Below, in pieces: positions 1-14,166 of a stretch of 64,000 nucleotides of DNA; position 1 is the stretch's first letter, and every line of letters begins with the position of its first letter. The stretch spans positions 92,444,001 to 92,508,000 of the forward strand of contig NC_086108.1 of assembly GCF_963921235.1 (NCBI RefSeq), read 5' to 3'. The notes beneath the pieces were generated by a model. That model did not search any database and was not told the DNA's origin. It was given only the letters and a program-made list of their open reading frames with translations. This stretch comes from Mobula hypostoma. Taxonomy: Eukaryota. The position numbers and the translations under genes were made by a program.

Positions 1-2249
1 TTATTTCTGTTTTGTACTATTTTAATCTAACTATTTAATATACATATATACTTACTGTTAATGATTTCCTTATTTTTTCCCCTTCTATATTATCACGTAT
101 TGCATTGTTCTACTGCTGCTAAGTTAGCAAATTTCATGACACATGTCAGTGATAATATCTGGACAATACTCCACTAGTCAAGTGGGAAACAGCAGGTTAA
201 GGAGAACACATTTATTCCTAAATACTTAAGAATAGTCCAACTGCAGTATTTGGTTAAATGTCAAATATTTTACCATTCCATTCTTCTCACAAACCTTCAA
301 GTCACTTCCCCCTCCATCCCTCTTAAGTTGAAAATTCCTCCTCTACACCGTGCCTCTTATCCCCAAATCATCGTATCTGGTTCTTAACAACCACCTGTAT
401 TTAAACAGAAGGGAATTAATTTGCCGTGATCTATCCCTTTTCTCCATCACCCAAAATGCCGGGGCACAGTGCCAACCTTGTGATCACCACTATTAACAAC
501 AGAAATTAGATTTAATTTTGTTTCAGTATAGTTTGTGCCACATTAAATAAGCATGCAGTCCATCTGCAGCTACACAGATGAACTGCATGGAGCTCTTAGC
601 TTTACGTTAAGAAGGATTGACATACGAATAAATACCCCATTCATCTGAATTAATCACTAACCTGGGGGAAAAGGCAAGGGTTGACCTCTTACTTGTTTAA
701 CTTTAATGCTTTGAATTATATGCTAGTATTCTATCATTTAATTTTTATTTCTAATATTTAAATTATTTAAATCATTGAGTAATTTTCAAATGCCTCTAAG
801 ACATTTAAAATCAATTTAAATGCCTTTGATAAGTTTTCTATCTGCTTGGAGCATGACTATAGGGAACTCAGCATAACTCAACATTCCTATGTCCATCATT
901 TCAAAAGAGTGGATAGTTTCATACTGAAGTTACAATCTACAGATAACGATGTGTCACAATAGCTGAAGGCAAACCTATTGTGCCTGATTCTGGCAGTTAT
1001 ATCTTTAAAGCTTTGAAAGTAATTCATATTTTTTAAGTAAAAATCATATTGATCCTTTGTTGAGCCTCAATCCAAGAGTCCAGTTCAAAGATATTCATTC
1101 ATACTATACCCTCATGCTTCTGAAGCTAAAGGAGGATTACCTGAAATATTAATATCTGCTACACAGCCTCAAGCCAATGAATTCCCAGATGCCTTTCATC
1201 AGGGAGCCTGGGGCAGGATTTCAGTTTTCACTGGCAAATATTGAATGTCCCAGATCATTTGAATAAAACCAGAGGACAGGTTTAAGGTAAGAGGCAGACC
1301 ATCTGAAATCTTGAAGACAAAACTGAGGGAGTGGTGGCGATAGAACAAGTCACAACATTTGATTAGAACCTAGGCAAACATTTGAATTTCCAACATATGG
1401 AACAAGTATTTAACTAAATGGAACAAGTATAACTAGATGCTTGACACTCAGAGCAATGATTCTAGGACCTTATACAGTGGCACAGAACAGGTTTCAATTC
1501 ACATACAGCTTTATCTTCATCATACTGTAACAGAGAGGGCGAAGGCAACAGTATAGGATTAAATTATGAGAAGCACATTTCAACACCCATGAGCTAGAAG
1601 TTGTGCAGAAGGATGACTTGAAACAAAATAATGACAAAATGAGTAAGATGCACACTTATGCAATTTGCAGTACCTGACACACTTTTTTTGATTCCTGCCA
1701 CTCCTTACACCCTAGCAAATATAAAATAAACATAATTGTTTACAACAAATGCACTTTTACACCTTTGAGGAAAGTAGTAATCTTGCGGATGCCTATTATG
1801 TATAATTAAAAGTTTACTTACTGTGTTATAGGTGCAAGTACTCATAAATAAAATCAAAGAAAAAGATTCACAACCAAGGTTGAAGCATTGTATACTAGTA
1901 CCATTATATTCTGGTAAGTCCATTTTAGTATTAGACAATATAATTGTTCTATAAACAGCAATAGTATCTAAATGCAGGCAAGGAAGTACAGAAGCTCACT
2001 AGGTCAATTGACTTCATCATTTTGTAATTTTGCATTTTCAGTTTGGTAAGGATAGTCAGAATAAAGTTAAGATGTATTAGAGGGAAAGTATTAGAGATAC
2101 ATCAGCTAGCAGAAAAGCAATACACTCGTGCACCTAAAGTCAAAGTTGAGAATGTTATGTGCACACTACATATTTAAACAGACAATAAAGGAAAACAGAA
2201 ACCTTTTCTGGTAACCTAGAATCAGTGACAGTACAGGTGAACACAAAAT

Positions 2250-2742
2250 ACAAAAAGTAGTGGATATAGCCCAGTCCATCACGGGTAAAGCCCTCCTCAC
2301 CATTGAGCACATCTACATGGAGCATCATCCATTATCAGAAACCCCCCCAACATGCTCTCTTCTCGCTGCTGTCATCAGGAAGGTGGTACAGGAGCTTCAG
2401 GACTCACACCACCTGGTTCAGGAAGTTATTACCCCTCAACCATCAGGCTCTTGGAGCAGAGGGGATAACTTCACTTGCCCCATCACTGAACTATTCCCAC
2501 AACCTGTGGACTATCTCTTGTTCTCAAAATTCATTGCTTGTCTATTTATTTATTATTTCTTTCTTAATATATTTGTACAATTTGTTGTTTTTTGTACACT
2601 GGTTGTCCGCCATATTGATGAGGTCTTTCAATAATTCTATCATGGTTATTAGATTTATTAGATTTATGCCTGCAAGAAAATTATTCACAGGGTTGTATAT
2701 GGTGACACACATGCTTTGATAATATATTTACTTTGAACTTTA
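2250..2742 (+). mobile_element. Rex1/Babar-type LINE, 3' fragment
   Basis: MDIAQSITGKAL…HALFSLLSSGRWYRSFRTHTTWFR; typical C-terminus and 3' UTR ending tttactttgaacttt. Same family at 8170, 47730 and 52450. Confidence 0.8.
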
Positions 2743-3857
2743 AAGTTTCACTTATGACCACTTTTGCCTCTACCCATTCACACTAGCAACATATAGGAAG
2801 GGGAGCATGCTTTCAAGATGTTACAGAAAAGCATTTACCAATCTCCATTGTAAATACAAAAGTAACAGTAAATCCCATTAGATCATTTAGAACATAATAA
2901 GTGGTGTCATTTTAGTCAAAAAACAAACTCAAATAATTTTGTGCAAATTGGCCATTCTTCTAGTGGAATCATTAATAGCTTGTAAAATAAAAAAAAAGAA
3001 GCAAAATTGTCGGGATTTCTTATCCAAGTAGCATGTGCTCAAAAAGAATTAATTTAAAACTCATGTTGTTGCTCCTTCATGTTGATTACATAAAACGACA
3101 CACTTTTATTATAAAAGACTGTTTTCAGTTCATTTAGGATTTTCAGCACTCAGTGTTGCTTTACGAACTACTATTAGAAATATTTTAAATAAAAAGAAAC
3201 ATATACTTTGCACATTGTTTCAAATGTTTTGAGTTTACTAACAGCAGGAAAATCATCTGTAAGGGCACTTTTGAATATCAGTACATACAGTTAAAATATG
3301 CTGCATCACAAGTCAAATTGAACAGTGGATAATTTTCTTTAATAACAACATGAATGACTTTTTTCTTTAAAAAAAAAGCAAATTTGGCCTCAGTCTTATC
3401 ATGATGTCAAAGGTAAAATATACGGATTCATGTCAGCAGGTCTAATTGCAATATACCTGTCAGCAAACTGCACTGCTGTTGCCAACAAGAACTGTAAAAT
3501 CATATTTATCTTTTTATTTGTTGCAGAAATCCTTTCAGCATCTGTGTAGCCACATTTTTCCCCACAGTTATGGGTTCATAATTTAAAATGCAGATGCCTG
3601 AGATACAATGGGTTTGCAAACACCGATGGCAACAAGCTTAAGAGTAGCAGTATTTAGAACTTTCAATTAGACAACAATAATGCCAAAATTAGGACAGCAA
3701 TTTATTGATGAGTTTTTATTCACACTATAATGTGGTACTGAGGTATTACTAGTTTGCTAGTGTGGGTTCCATTCAAGGCAGTACTTCGGTTATGCATAAG
3801 TGATAAAGTATGCATAAGTATTTGTGCATCAAAAATGTCAGCTTTGGAAAATATCGT

Positions 3858-4092
3858 TTTATTTATTTAGAGACACAGCACTGAACAGGCCCTTAACAAC
3901 CCACCTATTTAACCATAGCCTAATCACAGGACAATTTACAATGACCAATTAACAGTAGATCTTTGGACTGTGAGAGGAAACCCACACACTCATGGGGAGA
4001 ATGTACAAACTCCATTAAAGAGGGTGTTGAATTGAACTCTGAACTATGGAACAACCCAAGCTGTACAGTGATGCACTAACTGCGATGCTACT
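3858..4092 (-). mobile_element. tRNA-derived V-SINE/HE1-like SINE remnant
   Basis: Core ctttggactgtgagaggaaaccc…ggggagaatgtacaaactcc shared with copies at about 7800-8050, 11170-11355 and 30440-30690. Confidence 0.6.
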
Positions 4093-4181
4093 TCAATCAA
4101 TTCTCTGTGCTAATATTCTCATTTAAAGGTGTCAAACCATTACGACAAAAAATCTCAAAAAAAAGACCCTCTTTGACTTAT

Positions 4182-4350
4182 TAGTCATAGTCATACTTTA
4201 TTGATCCCGGGGGAAATTGTTTTTTGTTACAGTTGCACCATAAATAATAAATAGTAATAGAACCATAAATAGTTAAATAGTAATATGTAAATTATGCCAG
4301 TAAATTACGAAATAAATCCAGGACCAGCCTATCAACTCAGGGTGTCTCAG
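4182..4350 (-). mobile_element. LINE 3' end fragment
   Basis: Reverse strand ends …atcaataaagtatgactatgact (poly(A) signal followed by a short tandem tail). Confidence 0.55.
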
Positions 4351-5704
4351 GGTACCTCCATCAGTGTGGGACTTTGCCAAGTAAACACAATATTAGCATT
4401 CAAGGCTCCAGTTGAGAGGATAAAATGACACTGGAAATACGGTCCTTGGAAAAATGCAGATGAACCCCTACTGAATAACGCTTTCGATTATAGCTTTAAC
4501 AAAAAAATACACCTAGTCCTGGCCTACTCATGGAACCACATCCTGACATGAGACAAATTTCAAGGAATAGCACAACAAAAAACAAAATTATGACAACACA
4601 ACTCAGGGATAACAGTAGGAAGCGTGTTTTATTAAAGATGATAGTACAAGCAAAGTTAAATACTTAGAAGCAAGAAGAGAAGTGTACGAGTAAGAATTGT
4701 TACAATAGTTAAAGATGGAAGAAGAATGTCCCTATTACAAACAAATACTGCATGCAAAAATACAGTAGAGAAATCATCTAACCCAGTATGCAAATCCCCT
4801 GAATCTTTGGACCATGAGTGTACAGCCAGAGGCAGGCCTGAGGCCAAAGTGACTTCGCCCATTTCTAATACGGCATGACATTTTAAAAGATGAATCTGCC
4901 ATTCCTCAGCTATTTAAAACATTTCAGTACAACTACTTAAACTTCAGCATACCAAGTTTTAAAATCAGTGCATTTGGGCAGTTTCAAGGCAATATGAGAA
5001 CTTCTGTATAATCAGACTGTCCTAATTTCTGACCTTTGCTGGGAGGAAAGGGAAAAAGTTAAAAGGCTGTTGGCACCTTGATCACTGTGCTAAGGAAGGT
5101 TTGCAGCTTCTAAGAATTACACTCCAATACAAGGGCAGGCATTTCCCCTTAACCTCAGGAATTCTGCTCTCACCTATGCTTGGGCCAAAGCTGTCTAATG
5201 CAACTTTTGAAACTGAACTTTACTGGCATATATTTGTCAAGTTGGCACACTACAGTATGTAACAAAACTGCTGCTAGTCATTGGTTCAGTTTTGCTCTCT
5301 CTCTGTCCAATTTGCTGACATGTCCCACAAGTCCTGTTATTAGCAACACCTAACACAGACAAAGTATACTTATCCATTACCTGCAAACATTAACTGATTT
5401 TATCTGGCCATATCCTATCAGACAGACTTGCTTTATCCTATTCACCGCATCTCCACTTTCTCTACAACTTAAAACCTTTGTCCCTCACTGTTAACTCCTT
5501 CCCTCTCCCCCTCCCCACCCACAAATGCTGGCTGACACGCTGAATTCCTCCAGCAGATTATGTGTTGCTCCAGACTCTAGCATCTGCAGCCTCTTGTGTT
5601 TTCATTGTATTTAACAGTTACGCACAAGTGATTTAACAGTCTGTGAAATGAAGGTTGTATGAACTACCCTGTTCTTATTGTACACAAATCACAATAGTTT
5701 AAAG

Positions 5705-5782
5705 CAGGGGTTCCCAGACTGGTGTCCAGACCCCTTGCTTAATGGCTTTGGTCCACGGCAAAAAAAATGTTGGGAACCCCTG
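5705..5782. mobile_element. hAT-type MITE (78 bp)
   Basis: TIRs caggggttccca / tgggaacccctg; 8-bp TSD gtttaaag / gtgtaaag. Confidence 0.85.
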
Positions 5783-6363
5783 GTGTAAAGTATGCTCACC
5801 TGTTAATGTTTATGATGTAATTTTAGAAGTCTAATAGAGACTCAGAGAACTGTCACACTAAATGTAATTTTATGTTGAACATTAAGTTATTATTTCATTT
5901 ATTACTTACTCAATTACTTATTTTCTTAATATTATCCTATAGAGTTACAAAATACACGTGGACTAAGATGTTAACTGTCCTGTGCTATCACCAGTGGGAT
6001 CATCAGTTGATCTGCCACCTGTCTTCAGGAGTTTCGGCCCGCTTATGATCAAGACTCCCTCGAGGTGGTGGGCCAGCAGTGCTAAAGCACCACCTCCCAC
6101 TGGTGAGCTTAAAAGCTTGGTATCTGCCTCTATCAGAGTTGTTGGTCACTTCCATCCAACAGATAATCTGCTCTTCAGGTGTCTATGCAACTACTGAAGG
6201 GTTTGCAAGATATGTATACACTGTCTGACTATCTGCCCCTTTAATATTATCCTATAAATTTACCTGCTAACAACATCCACCTGGCTAAAGGACAAGCCTA
6301 TTGCTGTTTCCCCTTGGTCCATTCTTGCCTACAGATACTGCTATTGTCTAATACAGCACTCAC

Positions 6364-6458
6364 CAGTACATAATAGCAGGCATACAGCCCGATCAAGTGG
6401 TGGATTATAAAGTAAACGTCTCCAATTGCTTTCCAGTACCACAAAATAAGGAGGAGAT
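6364..6458 (-). CDS. TLCD4: TLCD4 fourth coding exon (95 nt)
   Basis: (D)LLLILWYWKAIGDVYFIIHHLIGLYACYYVL, with the TLC-domain HH motif; acceptor tgttgctttttctag, donor CTG|gtgagt; ends in phase 0. Confidence 0.95.
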
Positions 6459-6609
6459 CTAGAAAAAGCAACACAGAACATAACATTAGAAACAGGTGTG
6501 AGGTGGGAGTTTATTCAGTTACTCACATTTAGCTACAACAAATGTTACATGAACCATAAATGTAACCTTCATTTGAAATGCACACTTGAAATCTGTTTTT
6601 AGTGAAGCC

Positions 6610-6770
6610 ACCTATCACCTTCCAGCTTGTCCTCCTTCCTCTTCCCCCACCATTTTATTCTGGTGTCTGCCCCCTTTCTTTCCAGCCCTGACAAAGTGTC
6701 TCGGCCCAAAAACTTGACTGTGTATTAATTTTCATAGATGCTGTGTGACCTGCTGAGTTCCTCCTGCACT
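6610..6770 (+). mobile_element. Penelope pseudo-LTR fragment with a decayed hammerhead
   Basis: ccctgacaaagtgtctcggcccaaaaacttgactg…catagatgctg…acctgctgagttcctcc. Confidence 0.7.
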
Positions 6771-7189
6771 TAGTAAAGTACAGAGAATGTTTAATCACAC
6801 AGGACCTTCAGAAAAAGAGACCCAAGGGTTCACTAGTTTTGGCTTTTTAAACTTGGACAAACCAGAAAATCCATTCACAAAACAGTAATAAGTAATCAGG
6901 GTTACTTTGAATGTATTCAAATTTGAATGTATTTGGAGATTTCTATTACAAAAAGAACTCTTGGAATGTAGCAAAGTTCTCTTCCAAAGTTGCATAAATG
7001 TCTATTCAAAAATTGAAAAATAAAGCACAATTATGGATATAAAATATCTAATCAAAACAGAATTATTAACTATAAAAAAAGACTAATTTTCTGAAGCATA
7101 TGTGTTCTTAAGAAGAAAACGGAAGATAGACACTGAAAATGTCTAGCAGATCCAATAAATCTGAAATAGGAGAGGCCAATTCATATCCT

Positions 7190-7590
7190 AGGATGCAATG
7201 GTCAGTCTTTCTCCCAAGATATGGAACTCTAAAATCTAGGGGCATAGATTTAAGATGAGAAAGAAAAGATTTAAAAGGAGCTCAACAAATTTTTACCAAA
7301 AGAAGTGATGGTTATGCAGAATGAGAAAATAGTAGAGGCAGGTACAATTAGATTTAAAATACATTTAGACTGTTATATTGAAAGGAAAGGATTAGATCAG
7401 GGGTTCCCAACCAGGAGTCCACAGACCCCTCAGTTAATGGTAAGGGTCCATGGCATAAAAAAGGTTGGGGAACCTCTGGATTAGAGGAATATGGTCTAAA
7501 CACATGCACATGAAACTAACTCAGATTGGCAACTTGGTCGGCATGGATGAGTTGGGGTGAAGGGCCTGTTCTGCTGTTGTATAACCCTTC
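7190..7590 (+). mobile_element. CR1 LINE 3' fragment, interrupted by a hAT MITE
   Basis: ggggcatagatttaag…gaagggcctgttctgctgttgtat; decayed CR1 3' end. Confidence 0.7.
7398..7478. mobile_element. hAT-type MITE (81 bp), same family as 5705
   Basis: TIRs caggggttcccaa / ggggaacctctg; TSD gattagat / gattagag. Confidence 0.85.
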
Positions 7591-8169
7591 AGACTCCAGG
7601 TCCTTTGTTAGACACCAAGACAGAAAGGTGATTCTGTTCTTCCCTCCCTTCACCTCTACAAGCATGATGGATCAGTGCAAATTTAAAGTGGCATTTGTAT
7701 GTTCTTAGATTAGTCTCCAAGTAGCAGCCTCACTCAAACAAAATTCTGGTTTGTTTCTCAGGATACATTCCCTAAAGGCTCTCTATCTCCAGTGGACCTT
7801 TATTTATGTACACAGAAACATGATTTACTGAGAGATAAAACACAGTAACAGACATACCTGGCTCAATAATGAGCCCACATTACCCAATTACACCCATGTG
7901 ACCAATTAACCTATTAACCTGTACGTCCTCGGAAAGTGAGAGGAAACTTTCACAGGCAAGACATACAAACTCCATATAGATAGCAGCAGAATTGAACTTG
8001 TATCATTGGTGCTGTAATATTGTTATGCTAACTGCTACTCTATAATGCCGCCTATGATGAAACCAGCATTCCCACATCAAACAATTTCAACATTTACGCA
8101 TGTCTGCTTCAAATCTGTGCGATAAGATATTTCTCAGCTTGTTCCTAGTTTTACTCTAGTTAACATGAA

Positions 8170-9123
8170 TCTGAAAGAGAAATCAGCATATAGGACGAAG
8201 ATTGAAAATCTGGCTGAGAGGTGCCACAACAACAGCCTCTCACTCAATATCAGCAAGACCAAGGAACTTCAGGGGAATGAAACCAGAGGTCCATGAGCCA
8301 ATTCTCACCAGAGGGTCAGAGGTGGAGAGGGTCAGCAACTTTAAATTCCTCAATGTTAGATATCGCTTGAGAGGATGTGTTCTGGGCCCAGCACACAAGT
8401 GCAATTACAAAGAAAGCACAGCAGTGCCTCTGCTTTTCTCAAAGCTTGTGAAGAATCAGTATGATATCTAATACTTTGACAAACCTCTATAGATGTGCGG
8501 TGGAAGTATACTGACTGGCTGCATTACAGCGGGGTATGGAAACATTAATTCCTTCTGAATGGTAAAATCCCACAAATAGTAGTGGATAGAGCCCAGTCCA
8601 TCACAGGTAAAGCCTTTTCCACCATTGAGGACATCCACAGGGAGTGCTGTTGCAGGAAAATGGCATCTATCATCAGCGATCCCCACCACCCAGGTCATAC
8701 TCTCTTCTTGCTGCTACGACCAGAAAGGTGGTACAAGAGCCATAGGACATACACTACCAGGTTCAGGAACAGTTATTACCCCTCAACCATCAGGCTCTTG
8801 AACCAGTGGGGAAAACTTCATTCAACTTCACTTGTCCCATCATTGAACTGTTCCCACAAGCTATGGATTCACTTTCAAGGACTGTTCATCTCATGTTCAC
8901 GATATTTACTGTAGATTTATTTATTATTTTTGTTTTGTTCTCTTTTGTATTTGCAGTTTGCAGTTTTTTGCACATTGGTTGTTTGTACTGTTGTGTGTGG
9001 TCTTTCACTGATTCTATTACGGTTTTGGATTTACTGAGTATGCCCACAAGAAAACAATTCTCAGGGTTGTATATGGTGATATACATGTAGTAGTATTTTG
9101 ATAAGAAATTTACTTTGAACTTT
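8170..9123 (+). mobile_element. Rex1/Babar-type LINE, 3' fragment ending 19 bp from a TLCD4 donor
   Basis: VERVSNFKFL…, AQSITGKAFSTIEDI…TTRFRNSYYPSTIRLLN; tail tttactttgaacttt. Confidence 0.85.
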
Positions 9124-9141
9124 ACTAAAACGGATACTCAC

Positions 9142-9200
9142 CAGAAATTAGGTAGCCTGTGGCAATACCCAAATTTAATTTTACTAGTGTAGGGTCTCCC
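9142..9200 (-). CDS. TLCD4: TLCD4 third coding exon (59 nt)
   Basis: (W)GDPTLVKLNLGIATGYLIS(D); acceptor ttgatatttacag, donor TG|gtgagt; matches the TMEM56 …IASGYLISD segment. Confidence 0.95.
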
Positions 9201-10039
9201 CTGTAAATATCAAGAAGCAGAAATTTAACAAAAATAATAATTACTGCTTGCAGCATGAAATCTTTGTAATACTGAGTCAAAATAGTAAAAACAGTCTGCG
9301 GTTTGTTCAGTAATCAAAGCAGACTCACTAACCAGGAAACCCATCCTAGATACTATAGGTGCACCGATACTGAGACCAACTGTGATGGCTTTGCAGATGC
9401 ATAGCTTGCCAAAAACATCAAATATCAGAGATCAGCAATTTCAATTACAAACTGTATTCCTATAAGGGGACAGTAACTGGGAAAAAGGAGGAGACAGGAG
9501 AATTGAATAGGAGAATACAGGTAAGAGTAGCACATGACAAATGTAATGGAACTTTTACATCAATTTCATATGCAAGTTAACTCCATATTATAATTTTGAG
9601 ACAAAAGACATGGACCATTTGGCCTGTCTAGAATACTCTACATTTCATCATCGTTGATTTACTATCTCTCAACGTCATTCTCTTGTCTTTCTCCAGTAAC
9701 ATTTGACTCCCTCACTAATCAAGAATTTATCAATCTCTGCTTTAAATATCCCAATAACTTGGCTTCCACAGCCATCTGTGGCAATAACTTCCACAGATCC
9801 ACCACCCTCTGGCTGTAGAAATTCCTCCTCATCTGTTCTAAACTTCCTCGATAATTTTGTGCTTAATCAACGTCCTTTGCCATTATTAAAATCTTATATT
9901 TCCTCAGCAAAAACTAATTATTTCTAATTTTTGTTTGAAGTTGAAAGACTTGGAAGAATAAAGTGGTCCTTAACATTTGTTCTAATTATTAAAAGTCAAC
10001 GTGAATAAGCCTCATGCTGAAATTAAACAAAAACTGCAC

Positions 10040-10810
10040 CTGTAATGAACTGTGAAGAGATTAGTAATAAACTTCAGGAGATTATAGGCAGGCTGCTGAA
10101 GATTTTAATTATTACATTTCAGGCAGAACAAGGAAAAGCTACATAAATTAGATAGCACTATTCCAAAAGGATTCGGGAACAATAATCAAAGGACATATGT
10201 GCATAGTTCACTAAAAGTGCCTTGGTAGGTTGTTAAACAGCTGAGAAAAGCAGACAGGATTTAAGGCTTTATAAGAGTGGCAGTGAGTACAACAGCATGA
10301 TGAACCTTTATGAAATACAGGCTTGACAACAAGTGGACCAATATTAGCAGTTCTGAGCACACTTTAGGAAAATGAAGGTCATATTGCATGCAAAAAGAAA
10401 TTTATAAAAATATCTCTTGGGATCAGGGACTTATTTAGAAGTGTGTAGAAAATAGTATAGTTCTCTTTGAAAGAGAGCAAGTAGGTGATCTAACAGAAGC
10501 ATTTGAAATCAGGAAGGAATGGCAAAGAATCTAAACAGAACAGAAAGAAAGACATTGACAGAGATCGAGAGATAATTGGTCATGGAATGAACGTGGCAAA
10601 AGGACCAAGCGACATAAGAAGATTTTTGTCTGCCTTAACTAGCAAATACTGAGGATCTGGAATGCAATGCCAGTGTGGTGTAGTGGACACCGATTCAACT
10701 ATGGTGTCAAAAATAGCTGTAGGGTTTAGAACAGAGTGTAGAGAAGTAGTTAGGTTGCTGCTGCGGAAAAACGTTGCAAACTCAAACAGGCTGAATGACC
10801 TCATATTATT
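10040..10810 (+). mobile_element. Old, decayed CR1 LINE fragment
   Basis: Remnants of the RT C-terminal region (…cagttctgagcacactttaggaa…, …ggctgaatgacctc). Confidence 0.55.
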
Positions 10811-11535
10811 CAGCAGCCTGTAAATTATCTGTTTGAAGTTTTTGCAAATATAGGGTAAGTTCTATGTTAGAAAAGAAATCTCAGAATACTTAATCCGTTT
10901 GCTATTCCATAGAACAATAATAAATAAGCAGCATATTGCATAGAAAATTACCTTCCCAGTCATACAAACAATTTGGCTACTGTGCTGAAGCCAGACAACC
11001 TCCAATAAGGTTTTGTAACCAAGAGTAATGAAACATGCTTCTTTTCCCATCTCACACAGACACTACTCATTGCTTCCAACTATCTCTGGCTACTGTCAAT
11101 GTTAAATTATAGATTTGTTTTCTCACTTGGGAGAATCTTAACATGAAGTCCCTTGGGACAATCCACATTTATTTAATTTATAGATACAACATGGTTACAG
11201 ACCCCTCTGGCGCAACAGGCCCGGGCCACACAATTACACCCAAAACCAATTAACCTACTAACCCGTATGCCTTTGGAATGTGGGAGGAAACCAAAGCATC
11301 CAGAGGAAACCCTTGCGGTCATGGGTAGAATGTAGAAACTCCTTACAGACAGTGGTTTAACAGGTATACAACTGATCTGTATCTGTTTTCTATCTATCTG
11401 CCTCGGTTTAACCCCCTTAGGAACAATCTTAGCTAGCAACGGACAGTCATTCTCAGATTTACAGTTACTGAATTGCCTTGACACCAAATTTATTGTTACG
11501 TCACTTTGGTTCAGATTCTTCCACCAGCTGACATA

Positions 11536-12085
11536 CCACTTTATTAGGAACACCTGTACATCTGCTTATTAATGCAAATATCTAATCAGACAATCATGTG
11601 ACAGCAACTCAATCATAAAGACATGCAGATATGGTCAAGAGGTTCAGTTGTTATTTAGACCAAGCATCAGAATGAGGGAAGAAACGTGATTGAAGTGACT
11701 TTGACCTTGGAATGATTGTTGGTACCAGATGAGGTGGTTTGGGTATCTGATAAACTGCTGATCACCGGGGGGGGGGGTTTACACACACACATTTCTAGAG
11801 TTTACAGAGAATGGTGTGAAAAACCAAAATCATCTAGTGAACTGCAGTTCTGTAGGCAAAAGTGTCTTGATAATAAGAGGGGTCAGTGGAGAATGGCCAA
11901 ACTGATTCAAGCTGACAGGAAGGTGACAGTAAATCAAATAACCTTGCAGTACAACAGTGGTGGGCAGAACAGCAACTCTGAACGTACAACACGTTGAATG
12001 TTGAACTGGATGGACTACAGCAGCAGAAGACAATTAACATACACTCAGAGGCCAGTTCTTTTGGGTACAGGAGGTACCTAATAAA
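11536..12085 (+). mobile_element. Tc1/mariner non-autonomous derivative
   Basis: ccactttattaggaacacctg start and ggtacctaataaa end; decayed transposase N-terminus (…RGQWRMAKLIQADRKVTVNQITLQYN…SERT). Confidence 0.7.
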
Positions 12086-12416
12086 TGTAACCTCACCTCA
12101 GTGGCCAGTGGTGTAGTTATACAATCAACTTAAAAAGCTGTACGCAGTCGACCAAAATTATTTTAAATAGGGGCTTGTATTGCTGAGGAAACACTTCTGC
12201 CCTTTATATTCTAGTAAAGGCCAATACCTTTTTTGTGATTAGAGAACATAAGGGATCATGATGTTTATATGCTGATGACTAGATCAGAATAAGTTAATGT
12301 TTTCCTTTAAAGTATAATTATCATATAGAATACATTTTCAACACAAGTTTCTGATCAGTGAAAGTTATAGACTCAAGCAGAGAGGCTTAACATGATAACT
12401 CAGGTAGATTTCTTAC

Positions 12417-12506
12417 CAGATAGGATCTGCATTAGTGGCATCATCAAACCACAGAAGGTACAGACATAAAGATCCAACCAGCAAGGCATGAAATGTGGAC
12501 GCTACC
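12417..12506 (-). CDS. TLCD4: TLCD4 second coding exon (90 nt)
   Basis: (R)[29 protein letters not shown](W); acceptor ttggtttttttag, donor TG|gtaaga; phase fits both neighbours. Not in the ORF track. Confidence 0.95.
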
Positions 12507-13463
12507 CTAAAAAAACCAAGAAGTGAAAAGTCAGACGAGGCAACATTGATTGCACATTGATGGGCCTTTTTGGTTTATAGAAAATTTGATACTTTTGGCA
12601 CCAAAATTTCATAACCCTCCCTCTCATTTTAATCCTTACCTCAAAAAATATTATGTAGTGTCCCAAAGCTAAAAACCCATTTACTGCTCTTTCCAAGCTC
12701 AACTCATCTACTGGATTCATTTCCTGCTCTCTCTTCCTTAATATAAATAAATAGTTGATTGCTCTTCTTAGGTCAATGTTAGATGATATTGTTAAGTGGT
12801 GCTCATCTTAAAGCATTATTCCACTCATCACAACACCCAAATGCTTCATTTTGTTTGAGGAACTACGATTGCCAAAGTTGTTGCTACAGATTTCAGTAAT
12901 ACCAAATAGCAACCCTCTCCCTTAATCCCATAATTAAGTTATTTTCAACTGAAGTAGTGATTACTCCTTAAAGTTATGTAAAACTATGTGTAGCATACCT
13001 TGTGGGTCATTTGGTCTTTTTATTCCATGCAAAGAATTTCTTCTTCAAATTATGCCTTCCCACATTGTAACATAGCTCCCTTCTTCTTGATATGTACATC
13101 CAGCTACTCTATAATTAATCCTCTATGATCATTCCATAGCTGCATGTTCATTCTTGGCCATTAAAGGCAACTAGAACAAATATCTTTGGTCTGCTGGTGG
13201 TTATTCTTTAGCTCTCTTCCCTTGTTCTAGACTTGTTTACAAAATTACACTCGCTCTACCAAAATTTGAAAATATTCCATCAGATCTAACTTAACTCTGT
13301 TCTCCAATGAAAAGAATCCCAGTCTATTCAATTCTACTCACATACAGATTAAAACCGCTTTAACCCTACAAATGTTACACAACAAAAGGAGTTTGATTTA
13401 AGTCACTTAATTGTCTCAGTAAGGGATAATAAATCTGTAGGATAAACTGAATATTTATAAGCA

Positions 13464-13855
13464 CAGTACTGTGCAAAAGTCACAGGCACCCTATTTTTTT
13501 TTCATGTTTTCAGATGGTAAGGCCTCTACAGAGTCCTGATCACATTTCCAGGCTGTCTGGGATTACCTCGAGAAACAGAAGCAAGCGTGACAGCTAAACT
13601 GTGGCAGGTTCTCCAAGATGCTTGGAACAAACTACCAACCGATTTTCTTATAAAACTGCAGGACAGTCTACTTAAGAGAACTGATGCAATTTTAAAGGCA
13701 AAGGATGGTCACACCAAATATTGATTTGATTTAGTTTTTTACTGTTTACTGCTTTTAATAGTATTGTTTAATATTTAGAAACTTTGTTATTTTTGAAAGC
13801 TTCTTCACTTTACAGAATTTTTTAAAAATGTGCCTAAGACTATTGCACTGAACTG
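13464..13855 (+). mobile_element. Tc1-like internally deleted element
   Basis: TIRs cagtactgtgcaaaagtc / gactattgcactgaactg; internal LWQVLQDAWNKLPTDFLIKLQDSL…ILKAKDGHTKY, a Tc1 transposase C-terminus. Confidence 0.8.
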
Positions 13856-14092
13856 TGGAACAATTGATGACAAATGCAATAATTTCAGGCAGAAACAAAT
13901 ACCCATTACAGGTTGACACTTCCTTTTCCCAATCAAAGAACAAGATACAAAACAAATGATATCTTGTTTTGTGCTATTTCCCGTTCTTATCGCACATCAA
14001 ACAGCATATTCTAATTAAAAACTGCACATGAACTTTAGTACCCTACTTTTTCCATTTTCCTTCTGCTGAAGTAGAGACCTTTGCCAATTTAA

Positions 14093-14166
14093 GGATTAGA
14101 TTAGATTAGGTTCAACTTGATTGTCATCGTGCCGGGTACAGATACAAAGCCAATGAAATGCAGTTA
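14093..14166 (-). mobile_element. Roughly 70-bp 3' tip of the Rex1/Babar family seen at 54604
   Basis: attagattagattaggttcaacttgattgtcatcgtgccg…caaagccaatgaaatgcagtta, nearly identical to 54611-54682. Confidence 0.8.

Noticed and set aside
1705..1938. 77-aa minus-strand ORF
   Set aside because: AT-rich intronic sequence with no recognisable homology or exon signals.
4656..4862. 68-aa hydrophobic minus-strand ORF as a possible TLCD4 exon
   Set aside because: No similarity to the expected TMEM56 sequence and no convincing splice sites.
1..6363. Remaining TLCD4 exons (expected …NFRLLAELSxPFVNQR and the terminal exon)
   Set aside because: No matching sequence found by eye; they probably lie left of the window.
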